Shown: positions 30,237-40,542 of the stretch, in pieces | Position numbering within the stretch: position 1 is the stretch's first letter | How the letters are laid out: each line of letters begins with the position of its first letter | Source of the DNA: an uncultured delta proteobacterium | GTDB lineage: Bacteria > Desulfobacterota > BSN033 > UBA1163 | Assembly: GCA_963827685.1 (NCBI GenBank) | Contig: CAWHBU010000002.1 | Coordinates: forward strand, 448,001 to 512,000 | Reading direction: 5' to 3' | DNA length: 64,000 nt | Notes under the pieces: generated by a model | Told to the model about the DNA's origin: nothing | The model's database searches: none | Seen by the model: the letters and a program-made list of their open reading frames with translations, nothing else | Translations under genes and position numbers: made by a program

Positions 30237-30752
30237 ATGGCTGTTCTTGAAATTCTCAAATATCCTCATCCCGTTTTGAAGAAACGCTCTCAGGCAGTGA
30301 GCCAGATTGATGAGGAAGTGCAAAAGTTGATTCAGGACATGAGGGAGACCATGTACGGGGCGGGTGGAATCGGATTGGCCGCCTGTCAGGTCGGAGTTCC
30401 CCGAAGAGTGATCGTTCTCGATGTCAGTCCAATGGATCCCCAGCACAGTTTCTTCGCGCTTGTCAACCCCGAAATCATCTCTGAAGAAGGTGAAATCGAC
30501 CATGAGGAAGGATGTTTGAGTGTCCCCGATTGCCTGGAAAAAGTGAAAAGGAAAGAAAAGGTCTGTGTGAAAGGGTTGTCTCCACAAGGAATGGAAATAG
30601 AGATCAAGGGAGATGGCATATTGGCGATTGCGCTTCAGCATGAGATTGATCACGTCAATGGCATTCTTATATTGGATAGGGTGAGTCGGCTGAAGAGAGA
30701 AATTTATCGGAATAAATTGAAAAAAGGAAAGCGTAAGGAAGAAAAAAGTTGA
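30237..30752 (+). CDS. def: Peptide deformylase
   Basis: GIGLAA.Q, EGCLS, QHEIDH. Confidence 0.97.
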   Translation: MAVLEILKYPHPVLKKRSQAVSQIDEEVQKLIQDMRETMYGAGGIGLAACQVGVPRRVIVLDVSPMDPQHSFFALVNPEIISEEGEIDHEEGCLSVPDCLEKVKRKEKVCVKGLSPQGMEIEIKGDGILAIALQHEIDHVNGILILDRVSRLKREIYRNKLKKGKRKEEKS

Positions 30753-31693
30753 GCGCATCCCCCTGGCGGATCGTTTTCTTTGGGACACCCTCCTTTGCAC
30801 TCCCGACCTTGCAATTCCTTTTGGAGGGACCTGATACAGTGGTCGGTGCCGTCACTCAGCCAGACAGGGAAAAGGGAAGGGGAAGAAAAATTGTTATTTC
30901 TCCTGTGAAGGAACTTGCTCTTGAGCATGGTCTCACCCCTCTTCAGCCTGAGAAAGCGAAGGAGGAAGCCTTTCAGAGAGCCTTGAGAGATCTTCAACCG
31001 GATGTCATTGTTGTGGTGGCCTATGGTCAGATTTTGCCAAAGTCCGTCTTAAACATTCCCAAATATGGAGCAGTAAATGTCCATGCCTCTTTGCTTCCCA
31101 AATATCGGGGGGCCGCTCCCATTGCCTGGGCGATTTTGAAGGGGGAGAAAGTGACAGGAGTGACAACAATGCTCTTGGACGAAGGCATGGATACAGGAGA
31201 CATCCTTTTACACACGGAGGTTCCCATTGGTGATGAGGAGACGTGTGAAAGGCTCCATGATCGGTTGGCCTCCTCAGGAGCTCAATTGCTGTTAAAGACT
31301 TTAGAGAAAATGAAGGCGGAAAATATTCGGCCCATTTCACAGGATCATTCAAAAGCGACCTATGCCCCTCCTCTTAAAAAAGAAGATGGACACATTGATT
31401 GGAAGAAGGAAGCCAAGGAGATTGATCGTCAGGTCCGTGCCTTCAATCCATGGCCTGGTGCCTTTACGAAATGGGGTGACCAGTTACTCAAAATTTATAG
31501 AGGTGCAATAAGGGAAAGGGCGTCCGCAGGAAAGGCAGGAGCTGTGGTCTGGATGGGATCGGATTTCATAGAAGTGGAAGCAGGGAAGGATTCTTACCTC
31601 ATCAAAGAAGTCCAATTGGAGGGGAGAAGGAGAATGACCATCCGGGAATTTCTTTCTGGACATCCCATATCTGTGGGGACAGTCTTTCATTGA
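30749..31693 (+). CDS. fmt: Methionyl-tRNA formyltransferase
   Basis: FFGTP, TQPDR, NVHASLLPKYRGAAP, MDTGD. Confidence 0.97.
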   Translation: MSASPWRIVFFGTPSFALPTLQFLLEGPDTVVGAVTQPDREKGRGRKIVISPVKELALEHGLTPLQPEKAKEEAFQRALRDLQPDVIVVVAYGQILPKSVLNIPKYGAVNVHASLLPKYRGAAPIAWAILKGEKVTGVTTMLLDEGMDTGDILLHTEVPIGDEETCERLHDRLASSGAQLLLKTLEKMKAENIRPISQDHSKATYAPPLKKEDGHIDWKKEAKEIDRQVRAFNPWPGAFTKWGDQLLKIYRGAIRERASAGKAGAVVWMGSDFIEVEAGKDSYLIKEVQLEGRRRMTIREFLSGHPISVGTVFH

Positions 31694-31831
31694 ATGGCAG
31701 GTTTTGAGTTAGAAGTTCACAGTTGAGAGTATTAAACCCTTAATCAAACATTCCTAACGCCTGCCTGCGCATAGCCGCTTCGGCGAAGGCAGATGGAATT
31801 CATACAAACGCATTTTATAAATTGACATTCG

Positions 31832-31881
31832 CCCCTCACCCTTCCCCTCTCCCCCATCGGAGGAGAGGGCGGGGTGAGGGG
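31832..31881. repeat. CCCCTCACC...GGTGAGGGG palindrome
   Basis: Intergenic hairpin of the same family as the insert inside ileS. Confidence 0.6.
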
Positions 31882-31971
31882 GAAAGCTGTTATTTCACAA
31901 TCAGATTAGTGATTTGACAAAAAATCGTTTAATGATTATATTTTTAAGCCAAAAAGGAGGGTGAACTATTA

Positions 31972-32826
31972 ATGAATCAATTTAAGACATTCTTTTTGAT
32001 GTTGGTCTTAACGGGGCTTTTTATCCTGGTGGGAACTGCCATCGGGGGAAGGAGCGGGGCGGTCTATGCTTTTATCTTTGCCGCCCTGATGAATTTTATC
32101 ATGTACTGGTTTAGTGACAAAATCGTTCTTCGGATGTATGCTGCAAAACAGGTCTCACAAGGCGAGGCTCCTGAGCTTTATCAGATCGTTGGAGAGCTGG
32201 TGAACAAAGCCAGCCTTCCTATGCCAAAAGTTTATATCATTGAAAATGACACCCCGAATGCTTTTGCAACAGGGAGGAATCCAGAGCATGCAGCCGTTGC
32301 CGTGACATCAGGCATTCTTGGGATTCTGTCGAAAGAAGAGCTGATGGGAGTGATCGGCCATGAACTCTCCCATATTCAACACCGGGATATACTCATCAGC
32401 ACGATTGCCGCCACGATTGCCGGCGCCATCAGCATGCTTGCCTCGATGGCCCGCTGGGGAGCGATCTTCGGTGTTGGACGGTCTGATGATGATGAAGGCG
32501 GCGGTAATATCCTTTTCGTTCTCCTTTTTACGATGGTCGCCTCTATTGCAGCCATGCTGATTCAAATGGCGATTTCTCGCTCCAGGGAATACATGGCGGA
32601 TGAGGGTGGAGCGCATCTTAGCCATCCCCTTTCCTTGGCAAAGGCTCTGGGAAAGTTAGAAGTAGCTGCGCAGAGGATTCCCATGGATGCCAATCCCTCC
32701 ACTGCCCATATGTTTATCGTCAATCCGTTAAGAGGGGGAGGTGTTCTTTCCCTCTTCAGTACCCATCCACCGATTGAGGAACGTATCGCCAAACTTGAGG
32801 AGATGGCGAGGACAGGAAGGTTTTGA
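31972..32826 (+). CDS. htpX: Zinc metalloprotease HtpX
   Basis: [26 protein letters not shown]. Confidence 0.96.
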   Translation: MNQFKTFFLMLVLTGLFILVGTAIGGRSGAVYAFIFAALMNFIMYWFSDKIVLRMYAAKQVSQGEAPELYQIVGELVNKASLPMPKVYIIENDTPNAFATGRNPEHAAVAVTSGILGILSKEELMGVIGHELSHIQHRDILISTIAATIAGAISMLASMARWGAIFGVGRSDDDEGGGNILFVLLFTMVASIAAMLIQMAISRSREYMADEGGAHLSHPLSLAKALGKLEVAAQRIPMDANPSTAHMFIVNPLRGGGVLSLFSTHPPIEERIAKLEEMARTGRF

Positions 32827-34178
32827 GAAAAAAGACCCCAAGGGCGATCTGCCTCGATATCCTGAATCGGGTTGAAGAGGCCGATCTTCACCCCGACCGT
32901 CTTCTCACCGATTCATTCAAACGCTACCGATATTTTACCTCCCTTGATCGAGGTTTCCTTACAGAATTGACCTATGGTGTCATCCGCTGGAGAGGAAGAC
33001 TCGATTGGGTGATTCGATGTTTTTCTAAAATCCCTTTTGAAAGGATCGAATTAGAAACCCTCAATATCCTCCGCCTTGGACTCTATCAAATCTTTTTTTT
33101 GTCAAGAACTCCCTCTTCGGCAGCCGTGAACGAATCTGTCGAATTGGCGAAGCGAGTACGAGGAAAAGGAGGAGCAGGTTTTGTTAATGCGGTGCTTCGC
33201 TCTTCTATCCGCCAGAAAGATGAAATCCGGTATCCGGACATCGCTGAACATCCAGCGCTGCATATCTCTGTCGTCCAATCCCATCCTCTCTGGTTAGTTC
33301 AGAGATGGGTGAAGGAAATGGGTGTCGAAGAAGCCTTGAAGATCTGTAAGTTCGACAATCAGATCTCCTCGCTGACGCTCCGAACCAACACTTTGAAGAT
33401 AAGTCGGAGAGACCTTGTGAAAAAGTTGGAAGAAAAGGAGTTAAAGCCACTTCCGACCGCTTTTTCGGGAGAGGGGATTCTCCTTCAAGACCCTCCACCC
33501 ACTTCAGAGCTTCCGTTCATTAAAGAAGGTTTTTTTATCATTCAGGATGAAGCCTCGCAACTGGTCACCTCCGTTTTGGACCCGAAGCCGGGAGAGAAAA
33601 TTCTTGATGCCTGTGCTGCCCCGGGTGGAAAAACCACTCATATGGCCCAAATAATGGAGAACCGAGGAGAGATTTATGCCTTGGATCTCAGCAAAGGAAG
33701 ATTGGATTTAATTGAGGAGATGTGTCAAAGATTAGGGATAAAGATTGTTAAAACCACGAAGGGGGATGCCGTCAAATCTCTTCCTATTCCGCAGGGAGTG
33801 AAGTTCGACCGAATCCTGGCAGATGTCCCCTGTTCAGGATTTGGCACGCTTCGCAAGAACCCAGATTTGAAGTGGAGAGGAAGGGAGAAGGACATCAAGA
33901 GATTGAGTGAACTTCAGTTTTCAATATTGAGTAATCTTTCGATCTATGTTAAAGAGGGAGGCGTTCTAATCTATGGCACCTGTACGGTCTTCCATGAGGA
34001 GAATGAGGATGTGGTGGAGACATTTTTAGGAGGGCATCCGGAATTTGAAATCGATCGAATCGATAAAGTGCTTCCAGAAAAATGGCGCTCATTGATCCAA
34101 AACGGATATTTCAAAACCTTTCCCCCTAAAAATGAAATGGATGGTTTTTTTGTGGCGCGGTTAAGGAAAGAATCTTAA
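32823..34178 (+). CDS. rsmB: 16S rRNA (cytosine967-C5)-methyltransferase
   Basis: NusB-like N-terminus, [24 protein letters not shown]. Confidence 0.95.
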   Translation: MRKKTPRAICLDILNRVEEADLHPDRLLTDSFKRYRYFTSLDRGFLTELTYGVIRWRGRLDWVIRCFSKIPFERIELETLNILRLGLYQIFFLSRTPSSAAVNESVELAKRVRGKGGAGFVNAVLRSSIRQKDEIRYPDIAEHPALHISVVQSHPLWLVQRWVKEMGVEEALKICKFDNQISSLTLRTNTLKISRRDLVKKLEEKELKPLPTAFSGEGILLQDPPPTSELPFIKEGFFIIQDEASQLVTSVLDPKPGEKILDACAAPGGKTTHMAQIMENRGEIYALDLSKGRLDLIEEMCQRLGIKIVKTTKGDAVKSLPIPQGVKFDRILADVPCSGFGTLRKNPDLKWRGREKDIKRLSELQFSILSNLSIYVKEGGVLIYGTCTVFHEENEDVVETFLGGHPEFEIDRIDKVLPEKWRSLIQNGYFKTFPPKNEMDGFFVARLRKES

Positions 34179-34198
34179 GCAAGAAATGAAGTGAATCA

Positions 34199-34816
34199 AT
34201 GGAAGAGATTCACCAATTGATTAAGGGATTGATCATCGGGTTATCCATTGCCGTACCGGTGGGGCCCATTGGGGTTTTGTGTATCCGACGTACATTGACC
34301 CAGGGTCGAATGGTGGGTTTTCTTTCAGGTCTGGGAGCGGCCACCGCGGATGGCTTGTACGGAGCCATTGCCGGGTTCGGACTAACCTTTCTGGTTAATT
34401 TTATAATCGGTAAGCAGATATGGCTTCGTCTGATCGGGGGCGGATTGCTTTGTATCTTGGGTGCCAAGACATTTATCTCCAAACCTGCCGAACAAGGAGC
34501 CTCCGTGGAAGGGAATAGCCTCTGGAATGCGTACCTCTCCACATTTTTTCTAACCCTTACCAATCCCATGACCATTCTCTTCTTTACAGCCGTCTTCGCG
34601 GGATTGGGAATCGGAAACACTGAAGGGGACTATGTCTCAGCAGGAATTTTGGTCTTGGGTGTTTTCATCGGTTCCGCTATGTGGTGGCTTGTTCTGAGCG
34701 GCTTTACCGGCATATTGGAGGGGTTGTTGAATTTTAAGAGAATGCAGTGGCTAAACAGAATTTCGGGTTTGATCATCATGGGTTTTGGCTTGTTTGCGTT
34801 CCTGGGTCTGCTCTGA
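34199..34816 (+). CDS. LysE/RhtB family exporter
   Basis: PVGPIGVLCIRRTL, GLGAATADG, LTLTNP. Confidence 0.9.
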   Translation: MEEIHQLIKGLIIGLSIAVPVGPIGVLCIRRTLTQGRMVGFLSGLGAATADGLYGAIAGFGLTFLVNFIIGKQIWLRLIGGGLLCILGAKTFISKPAEQGASVEGNSLWNAYLSTFFLTLTNPMTILFFTAVFAGLGIGNTEGDYVSAGILVLGVFIGSAMWWLVLSGFTGILEGLLNFKRMQWLNRISGLIIMGFGLFAFLGLL

Positions 34817-34944
34817 TGTGAAAGTGAGTTTAATTTCATTGAATAAGCATTGAGATTTTAATAATATTGTATGATAGATGTAGGATTGTAGGATGCGTTC
34901 CCAGAATGCAGCGTCATGGCTCGCAGGATGAACGGCAGGTTCGA

Positions 34945-35598
34945 TTGAAAAAGATAGCGCCGTCGATTTTATCGGCTGATTTTAGCCGCCTCGGTGATGA
35001 GGTAAGGGCGGTTGAAAAGGCTGGGGCGGATGTGATCCATGTCGATGTGATGGATGGGCATTTCGTTCCCAACATCACCATTGGTCCTTTAGTCGTGCAA
35101 GGATTGAAGAAGTTGACCTCTTTGCCTCTCGATGTCCATTTAATGATTGAGAACCCTGAGCGATATATCGAAGCTTTTGCCCAGGCGGGAAGCGATTGGA
35201 TTACGGTTCATGCTGAAGTTTGTCCCCATCTCAAGCGAATGATCAAGAAGATTCGTCAGTTGAAGGTGAGGCCGGGCATTGTGCTCAAACCAGCGACTTC
35301 GCTAAAAATCCTTTATCCCGTTCTTGATGAGATTGACTTAGTCCTTATCATGTCGGTCAATCCCGGGTTTGGTGGACAATCCTTTATTCCTTCCACCCTA
35401 AAAAAGATTGAACGATTGAGGAGAATCATTGATCAAAACCAGTATCCATTTGAAATTGAGGTGGATGGAGGAGTCAAAATTGAGAACATTGGAGGGGTTT
35501 CCAAAGCCGGTGGTGATATCTTCGTCGTCGGGACAGGAATCTTCAAGACCAAAGACTACGAAGAGACCATCCATACGCTAAGACAAGAAATAGCGTAA
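34945..35598 (+). CDS. rpe: Ribulose-phosphate 3-epimerase
   Basis: IAPSILSADF, HVDVMDGHFVPN, MSVNPGFGGQ, EVDGG; TTG start inferred. Confidence 0.97.
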   Translation: MKKIAPSILSADFSRLGDEVRAVEKAGADVIHVDVMDGHFVPNITIGPLVVQGLKKLTSLPLDVHLMIENPERYIEAFAQAGSDWITVHAEVCPHLKRMIKKIRQLKVRPGIVLKPATSLKILYPVLDEIDLVLIMSVNPGFGGQSFIPSTLKKIERLRRIIDQNQYPFEIEVDGGVKIENIGGVSKAGGDIFVVGTGIFKTKDYEETIHTLRQEIA

Positions 35599-35696
35599 TG
35601 ATTGCGGATTGCGGAATGCGGATTTCGGAATTTCTTATTAAGTGCTCTTAAGCGCTATGCGCTTTGCCCTATGCGCTCTGCGTTTTTCAGGATAGG

Positions 35697-36323
35697 ATGG
35701 AACTCTCCAAACAGAAAAATTACCAACAATCCTTTGATTTGGCCTGTGCCTCTATCAAGGGGATGAATCTGGCAGAGAGGGCAAAGAAGGCTGGAGCAGA
35801 TTATCAAAAAGGAGAAGAGGGAGAAAACATCACCATCCTTTTTTTCTCAGAGCCCTATCATATTCGGTTTCCTCCAATAGAATTCTATTCTCCATCTAAA
35901 AAGGTGGTTTCTCTGGTTACTCGCATCCTCCTCCTCCATTATCTTATCCGTGCCGATGGGAATCCTCTCACCGGCAAATGGGTGGCGTACAAAGATATTC
36001 CGGGTGGACTTCTTTATGCGGGTGTTTTTGCGAGAAGGGTAACGGAACCTTTACAGAGGAAATTTGGGAAATCCGCCGAATCCTTTAAGAAGGCTGGTAT
36101 CCAATCGGGAGGAAGACCAGTTGAGGTTGGGGATGCTTCTTTCATCCTTTATGCTTTCCCCTATGTCCCTCTTCAATATGTCCTTTGGGAGGGGGACGAA
36201 GAGTTTCCGCCGTCGGTCCAGCTTCTCTTCGACGCGTCTGTGGACCATTATCTTACTTTAGAAGATATTGTCGTCCTCGGGCAGGTAACGGCTGGCAGAT
36301 TGATCAACCGTTCTGGACTCTAA
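35697..36323 (+). CDS. DUF3786-family protein
   Basis: ILLLHYL, WVAYKDIPGG, WEGDEEFP, LFD. Confidence 0.8.
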   Translation: MELSKQKNYQQSFDLACASIKGMNLAERAKKAGADYQKGEEGENITILFFSEPYHIRFPPIEFYSPSKKVVSLVTRILLLHYLIRADGNPLTGKWVAYKDIPGGLLYAGVFARRVTEPLQRKFGKSAESFKKAGIQSGGRPVEVGDASFILYAFPYVPLQYVLWEGDEEFPPSVQLLFDASVDHYLTLEDIVVLGQVTAGRLINRSGL

Positions 36324-36381
36324 ATCTTAGGATTTTTCGCTAATCGAGAAGGAAGGCCTGAATTAGTCCAGAGCCATATTT

Positions 36382-37284
36382 ATGGAGAAAAAAATGGAAG
36401 AAGTCATTTATCTCGAGAGACCAAATCTTAGTAGACCGTATTTGATTATCGGGTTTGAGGGATGGCCCAATGCAGGAGAAGTCTCCTCTTTTGCCCTTCG
36501 GCATCTGGTCGACAGTTTAGGGGCAAAACAATTCGCCTCCATTCCGACAGAGAATTTTTACCAAATCTCTTCCTTGCGACCGATGGCAGTTATCAAGGAG
36601 GGGAAGTTGATGGAATTGAAGTCCCCGGGGAATCATTTTTACTATGTAAAAGGCTCTCTTTTTAATGACCTCATCCTCTTTTACGGGGTGGAACCTCATC
36701 TTCGATGGGATGTCTTTGCTGACCTTATTCTCGATTTGGCTGAGAGATTTGATGTCATGCGACTCTTTACCATCGGCGGTACGTATGATTACATCCCTCA
36801 CACCTATCCTCCGATGGTCAGTGCTCTGTTCAATCACGAAGAACTGAGAGAAAAGGTGATCCAGGCTGGGCTGGGGTTGACGGAATACTCCGGGCCCATC
36901 AGCATCCACACGTTCATGCTCGAGGCTGCTAGAAAGAGGGGTTTAAAGGCGATCAGCCTCTGGGGCCATGCCCCACAATATCTTCAGACCAGGAATGTAA
37001 AAGTGGTCTGCGCCGTTCTGAAAAAGCTGATTGATTTGACCAAGATAGAGGTTGATCTCTCCGAGATTGAAAAGGCCAGCGAATATTTTGATCAGCAGGT
37101 CAACCATTTGCTGGAGGAGGATCCGAAGCTCCAAGAGGTGATTAGCAAATTAGAAGAACTCTATAAACGATCCGAAAAGATTCCTCAGCCGACAGGAAGG
37201 GAAGAGGGCGTGAAAGAAGATAAGGTGGTTTACATTCAGGCCTTCCTTAAGAAATTGGAGGATGAAGAGAAAAAAGAAGGGTGA
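36382..37284 (+). CDS. PAC2 (proteasome assembly chaperone) family protein
   Basis: GFEGWPNAG, GVEP, PHT, YSGP, WGHAPQY. Confidence 0.85.
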   Translation: MEKKMEEVIYLERPNLSRPYLIIGFEGWPNAGEVSSFALRHLVDSLGAKQFASIPTENFYQISSLRPMAVIKEGKLMELKSPGNHFYYVKGSLFNDLILFYGVEPHLRWDVFADLILDLAERFDVMRLFTIGGTYDYIPHTYPPMVSALFNHEELREKVIQAGLGLTEYSGPISIHTFMLEAARKRGLKAISLWGHAPQYLQTRNVKVVCAVLKKLIDLTKIEVDLSEIEKASEYFDQQVNHLLEEDPKLQEVISKLEELYKRSEKIPQPTGREEGVKEDKVVYIQAFLKKLEDEEKKEG

Positions 37285-37343
37285 CTCTTCGTCACTCCTG
37301 CCCCTCTGTCCCTGTTGAGACTGTGCCCGCGATCCTCCTTTTT

Positions 37344-37506
37344 GTCATTGCGAGCGATCCCGCCTTAGCGGGGGAGCGTGCCTGCACGCCGAAGTGCCTG
37401 TCGAAACGCTTTCGTGTAGGTAGGGTTACGGCACGCAGGCGTGGCAATCTCTTCGTTTTCAACTCGTCCTGAGATTGCTTCGGTCGTTTTACTCCCTCGC
37501 AATGAC
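37344..37506. repeat. GTCATTGCGAG...CTCGCAATGAC palindrome with nested inserts
   Basis: Perfect 11-bp terminal IR; inner GCAATCT/AGATTGC; homologous to 25482-25661. Confidence 0.75.
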
Positions 37507-37527
37507 AGGGTGAGGTAATATCAATTT

Positions 37528-37926
37528 CTATTTTGCCTTTCTTGCTGGCGGGGCGGCAAATTCCACGACGGTATAGGCCAATGCCCAGCACTCCTGTTCA
37601 GAATACTGAGTCCATGCGATCATCGAAGAATTGGGAATTCCCTTCGAGATCACTTCAAAGACCTTTTCAATGTTTCCTTTTGCAGTAGGCCATTCTTTCA
37701 AAGGTTTTTGGAAATCGGTTGGCGGAGGCTTGAGGACAGCTCCGGCTGGGCCCTTTCCGTCTCCTTTACTGCCATGACAGGGGAGGCAGGTCTGCTCAAA
37801 AAGTTTCTTACCTTGCTTTAGCAGTTCAGGGGTCTTCTTTGGAGGCCCCGGGTCTTTTGCGAGAGCCGTACCCAGAATGAAAAAAAGAAAAGATCCAGCA
37901 ATCATTAGCCATAATATCTTTCTCAT
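37528..37926 (-). CDS. Periplasmic monoheme cytochrome c
   Basis: Signal peptide, CLPCH, G.G.G, distal Met in GIPNSSM. Confidence 0.9.
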   Translation of the reverse strand: MRKILWLMIAGSFLFFILGTALAKDPGPPKKTPELLKQGKKLFEQTCLPCHGSKGDGKGPAGAVLKPPPTDFQKPLKEWPTAKGNIEKVFEVISKGIPNSSMIAWTQYSEQECWALAYTVVEFAAPPARKAK

Positions 37927-37986
37927 TTTTGCCTCCTTGGTGATTAGACTTTTCTTAATATGCTTTTTGGGGTAGTGGTGACCCGG

Positions 37987-38070
37987 TCAAACGCGGCGCT
38001 TTATGTCAGCAGGGAGGATACGAAACTCTTTAGCCGCTGAGTCAACGAACTCAACGCTGTACTCAGCCAC
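37987..38070 (-). pseudogene. Truncated RelE/ParE-like toxin
   Basis: VAEYSVEFVDSAAKEFRILPADIKRRV-stop, starting 1 nt after the antitoxin stop. Confidence 0.65.
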
Positions 38071-38071
38071 T

Positions 38072-38254
38072 TCAGCGCTCCCCTTGCTCCATCTCTGCCT
38101 TCAGCTTACTCCAGGGCACCGTGGCTTCGTTCTTTCGGGACTCAGAGACCAAGACATCGTAGAAGTCCTCCCACAGCTTTCCCCACTCCTCAAGATCAAT
38201 CAGGACCGCTTTCTTTTTGCCAGAATCATCAACCACGAACTGAACTCCTTTCAT
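38072..38254 (-). CDS. Putative type II antitoxin
   Basis: MKGVQFVVDDSGKKKAVLIDL...TVPWSKLKAE; AAGGAGG RBS. Confidence 0.7.
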   Translation of the reverse strand: MKGVQFVVDDSGKKKAVLIDLEEWGKLWEDFYDVLVSESRKNEATVPWSKLKAEMEQGER

Positions 38255-38455
38255 TGAACCCTCCTTCTCGCATGTTGACCTACTGTCGTCTATTATACAA
38301 AGAAGCAGCACAGTGTCTCAAATAAATTATCCACAAGTGAGGAGGATAAAGGACCGGCTAAAGAGGAGAAAATAAAAATTTCCCTGTTTGCATAGAAGGC
38401 GGCAGGGAATTAGCCAAAAGACACGTTATTCTGGAGCATCTTGTTGGGTCATCCC

Positions 38456-39205
38456 CTATTCGATCAAATCTCTGTCATCACGTGAGAACTCGACGGGGAC
38501 CGCCTTGAGCCCCAGTCTATCAAGGGCCTCCCTCGTCCCCCTGACGCATGTGTCCGGAGTATGGGGAGCGAGCACCACGGACACAATCAGGTCCGCAAGG
38601 GACACCGGGAGTGAAACATGGTCTGGTATCGGCAGCATCATGTTAGGCCAGTATACGATTCTGAGCTCGTTGTCGAGTCGGAAGTGAAGATCCTTATAGA
38701 AAAAGATTCCCGGCGTTCTGGAGTAGTTGATGGGCTGTCCCCCAGCGTGGTCAAAGTATCTTACGAGCGATATGTCCAGGGGCCAGAACATAGGCGCTTT
38801 GTCACACAGATGCTGCAAACGCCTCACTGTGCTTCTTATTGCTACTCCTGGCGGATTCCTTATATAGGCCTTCCACATTAGATCCAGGTCGCAATCGCTG
38901 ACACACCAGCAACTTATGTATGTCCGGTTTCTATCTCGAATCCGTTTCTGTCGTTCTGTTTCAATCACTTTCGGGGCCCCTACAGATTCAAGCCAGGCAC
39001 CCATGTCAAGCAGTTGCACTCTAGAGTAAGTTCCTTCAAATCTGTCTTGCAAACGGTCTGCCCTGCAAAGATAGAGGGTACTCTTCTTAAGAAGCGATTC
39101 AAATTTCCAGTAGTCCATGTATCTCCAGACGGAAGCATCAAGGTTGTGCGGTAGCTTACATGCAGGATTAACTTCCCTCGGTATTTTCAGGTATTCATCG
39201 CCCAT
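38456..39205 (-). CDS. DUF2971-like protein
   Basis: VWRYMD...D.FEG...YISCW...MWKAY...GVAI...YK...E.R...VLAP. Confidence 0.7.
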   Translation of the reverse strand: MGDEYLKIPREVNPACKLPHNLDASVWRYMDYWKFESLLKKSTLYLCRADRLQDRFEGTYSRVQLLDMGAWLESVGAPKVIETERQKRIRDRNRTYISCWCVSDCDLDLMWKAYIRNPPGVAIRSTVRRLQHLCDKAPMFWPLDISLVRYFDHAGGQPINYSRTPGIFFYKDLHFRLDNELRIVYWPNMMLPIPDHVSLPVSLADLIVSVVLAPHTPDTCVRGTREALDRLGLKAVPVEFSRDDRDLIE

Positions 39206-39246
39206 TTAAGTCCAACCCGTCATTGCATTTTTTTATTTCCGCAACA

Positions 39247-39276
39247 ATTTTATGTCTGGTCACAGGAAGTTGTCAA
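39247..39276 (-). promoter_or_regulatory. Sigma-70 promoter candidate
   Basis: TTGACA-18 nt-TAAAAT upstream of the DUF2971-like gene; homologous sequence at 40592-40620. Confidence 0.55.
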
Positions 39277-39339
39277 TTGCGAGGGTGAATAAGAATATCG
39301 TCTTTTTACGCAGAAGGCGACAGCATTGGCAAAGCTAGA

Positions 39340-40542
39340 TTATTGGTTGAAGGGGAACAGCCATTCGCCCTCTTCGGAGTAGTTGAAGCTTTTATCATAC
39401 CCAAATTCCCTCCAGATGTAGTCAAACATCGGACGAACAGCTTTTGCCACATCGTGCTTAGTTTCTAAATGCGTATCCTTCGGAACATGGTGCAGTAGAG
39501 GGCGGATGTCTTCGCTTTGGGATACTCGTCCAGATATTCGCTCTGTGCGCATGGAGTATCCCCGTATGTTGAGAAGGGCAGTATGGATGAAGAAGGGGCC
39601 TGAAACACCGGATTCCTTAAGAGAGGTCAAATAACGGTGAAAGGTAGTAATGATCTTACATTCGTACGCAATGTTGGGAATGTCGTAGCGGTTCTCCTGC
39701 ATATCGTAGTGGCTCTGCAGCATGGATGAATTGTACGCTTTGACCTGCCCTAGACCTGTAACCTCAGTCACCGCATATGGCACACGGTAATTGGTTTCGC
39801 ATGCAAACGTAAAGTTTGAACGGCCACTGATCTCCGAACTCAAGCTGCCAGAAGAGTAGTATATCGGTTCGAATAGGGTGTTGAAATTTCCGGACAAACT
39901 GCTTAGGTCCAGTTTAATCGAGGGAACTTCGGGAACAATAACAAGAGCACAGATGCCCTTGTCCTCGATTCCCTTGAAGTACTTCTTGCTCTTTAAGGCG
40001 GCATAGTATCCGTCAATTATCTCCTGCACTTCTTCTTTTCTGGTTGACGGGCCACTGCTACGGAAGAATGTTTCAACGTCGGAGCTCTCCATTGCAATCG
40101 TGATTGTGCGAGTGCGCCTGTAGTATCGATTATCATCGTATTTCACTTGGTGAAGGTAGCGATCTGGCTCGATCTTCAAGATGAGAACCTTTAGGCCATT
40201 GCAAAGAGGGACCTCTCTATCGAAAAGATTCTGGACTCGTGGCGAAATGCCGCTGGTTAGGATCTGGAAGATCTGCTGTTTTACGGCGTCGTCAAATTGG
40301 ATGCCAGATATGCTCGTAGGTATGCCGTTGGTTTCAGCGATGCCGAAAAACAAATAACCTCCCTGCGAATTAGCGAGTGCACTGATGTCTTTGCAGAGCT
40401 CCCGCTTTTCTTTCTCCGTATTCATCTTGAGTTCAATTTTGTATTCGATGTGTGCACTTTCTGGTACATGAAGCAAGACAAGCGACTGGAGATGATTTTC
40501 AGCGATCTCGTGAAGGGGAATACCGTCAAGTACTTGTACCAT
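39340..40542 (-). CDS. AlbA_2 (Schlafen-like) domain protein
   Basis: ESAHIEYK...KDISALANSQGGYLFFGI...YYRR. Confidence 0.85.
   Translation of the reverse strand: MVQVLDGIPLHEIAENHLQSLVLLHVPESAHIEYKIELKMNTEKEKRELCKDISALANSQGGYLFFGIAETNGIPTSISGIQFDDAVKQQIFQILTSGISPRVQNLFDREVPLCNGLKVLILKIEPDRYLHQVKYDDNRYYRRTRTITIAMESSDVETFFRSSGPSTRKEEVQEIIDGYYAALKSKKYFKGIEDKGICALVIVPEVPSIKLDLSSLSGNFNTLFEPIYYSSGSLSSEISGRSNFTFACETNYRVPYAVTEVTGLGQVKAYNSSMLQSHYDMQENRYDIPNIAYECKIITTFHRYLTSLKESGVSGPFFIHTALLNIRGYSMRTERISGRVSQSEDIRPLLHHVPKDTHLETKHDVAKAVRPMFDYIWREFGYDKSFNYSEEGEWLFPFNQ

Noticed and set aside
34880-34944. tRNA-like sequence (GGTTCGA) before rpe
   Set aside because: No cloverleaf stems or CCA end.
38327-38335. 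Perfect DnaA box TTATCCACA
   Set aside because: Single copy with no cluster or origin genes; compatible with chance.
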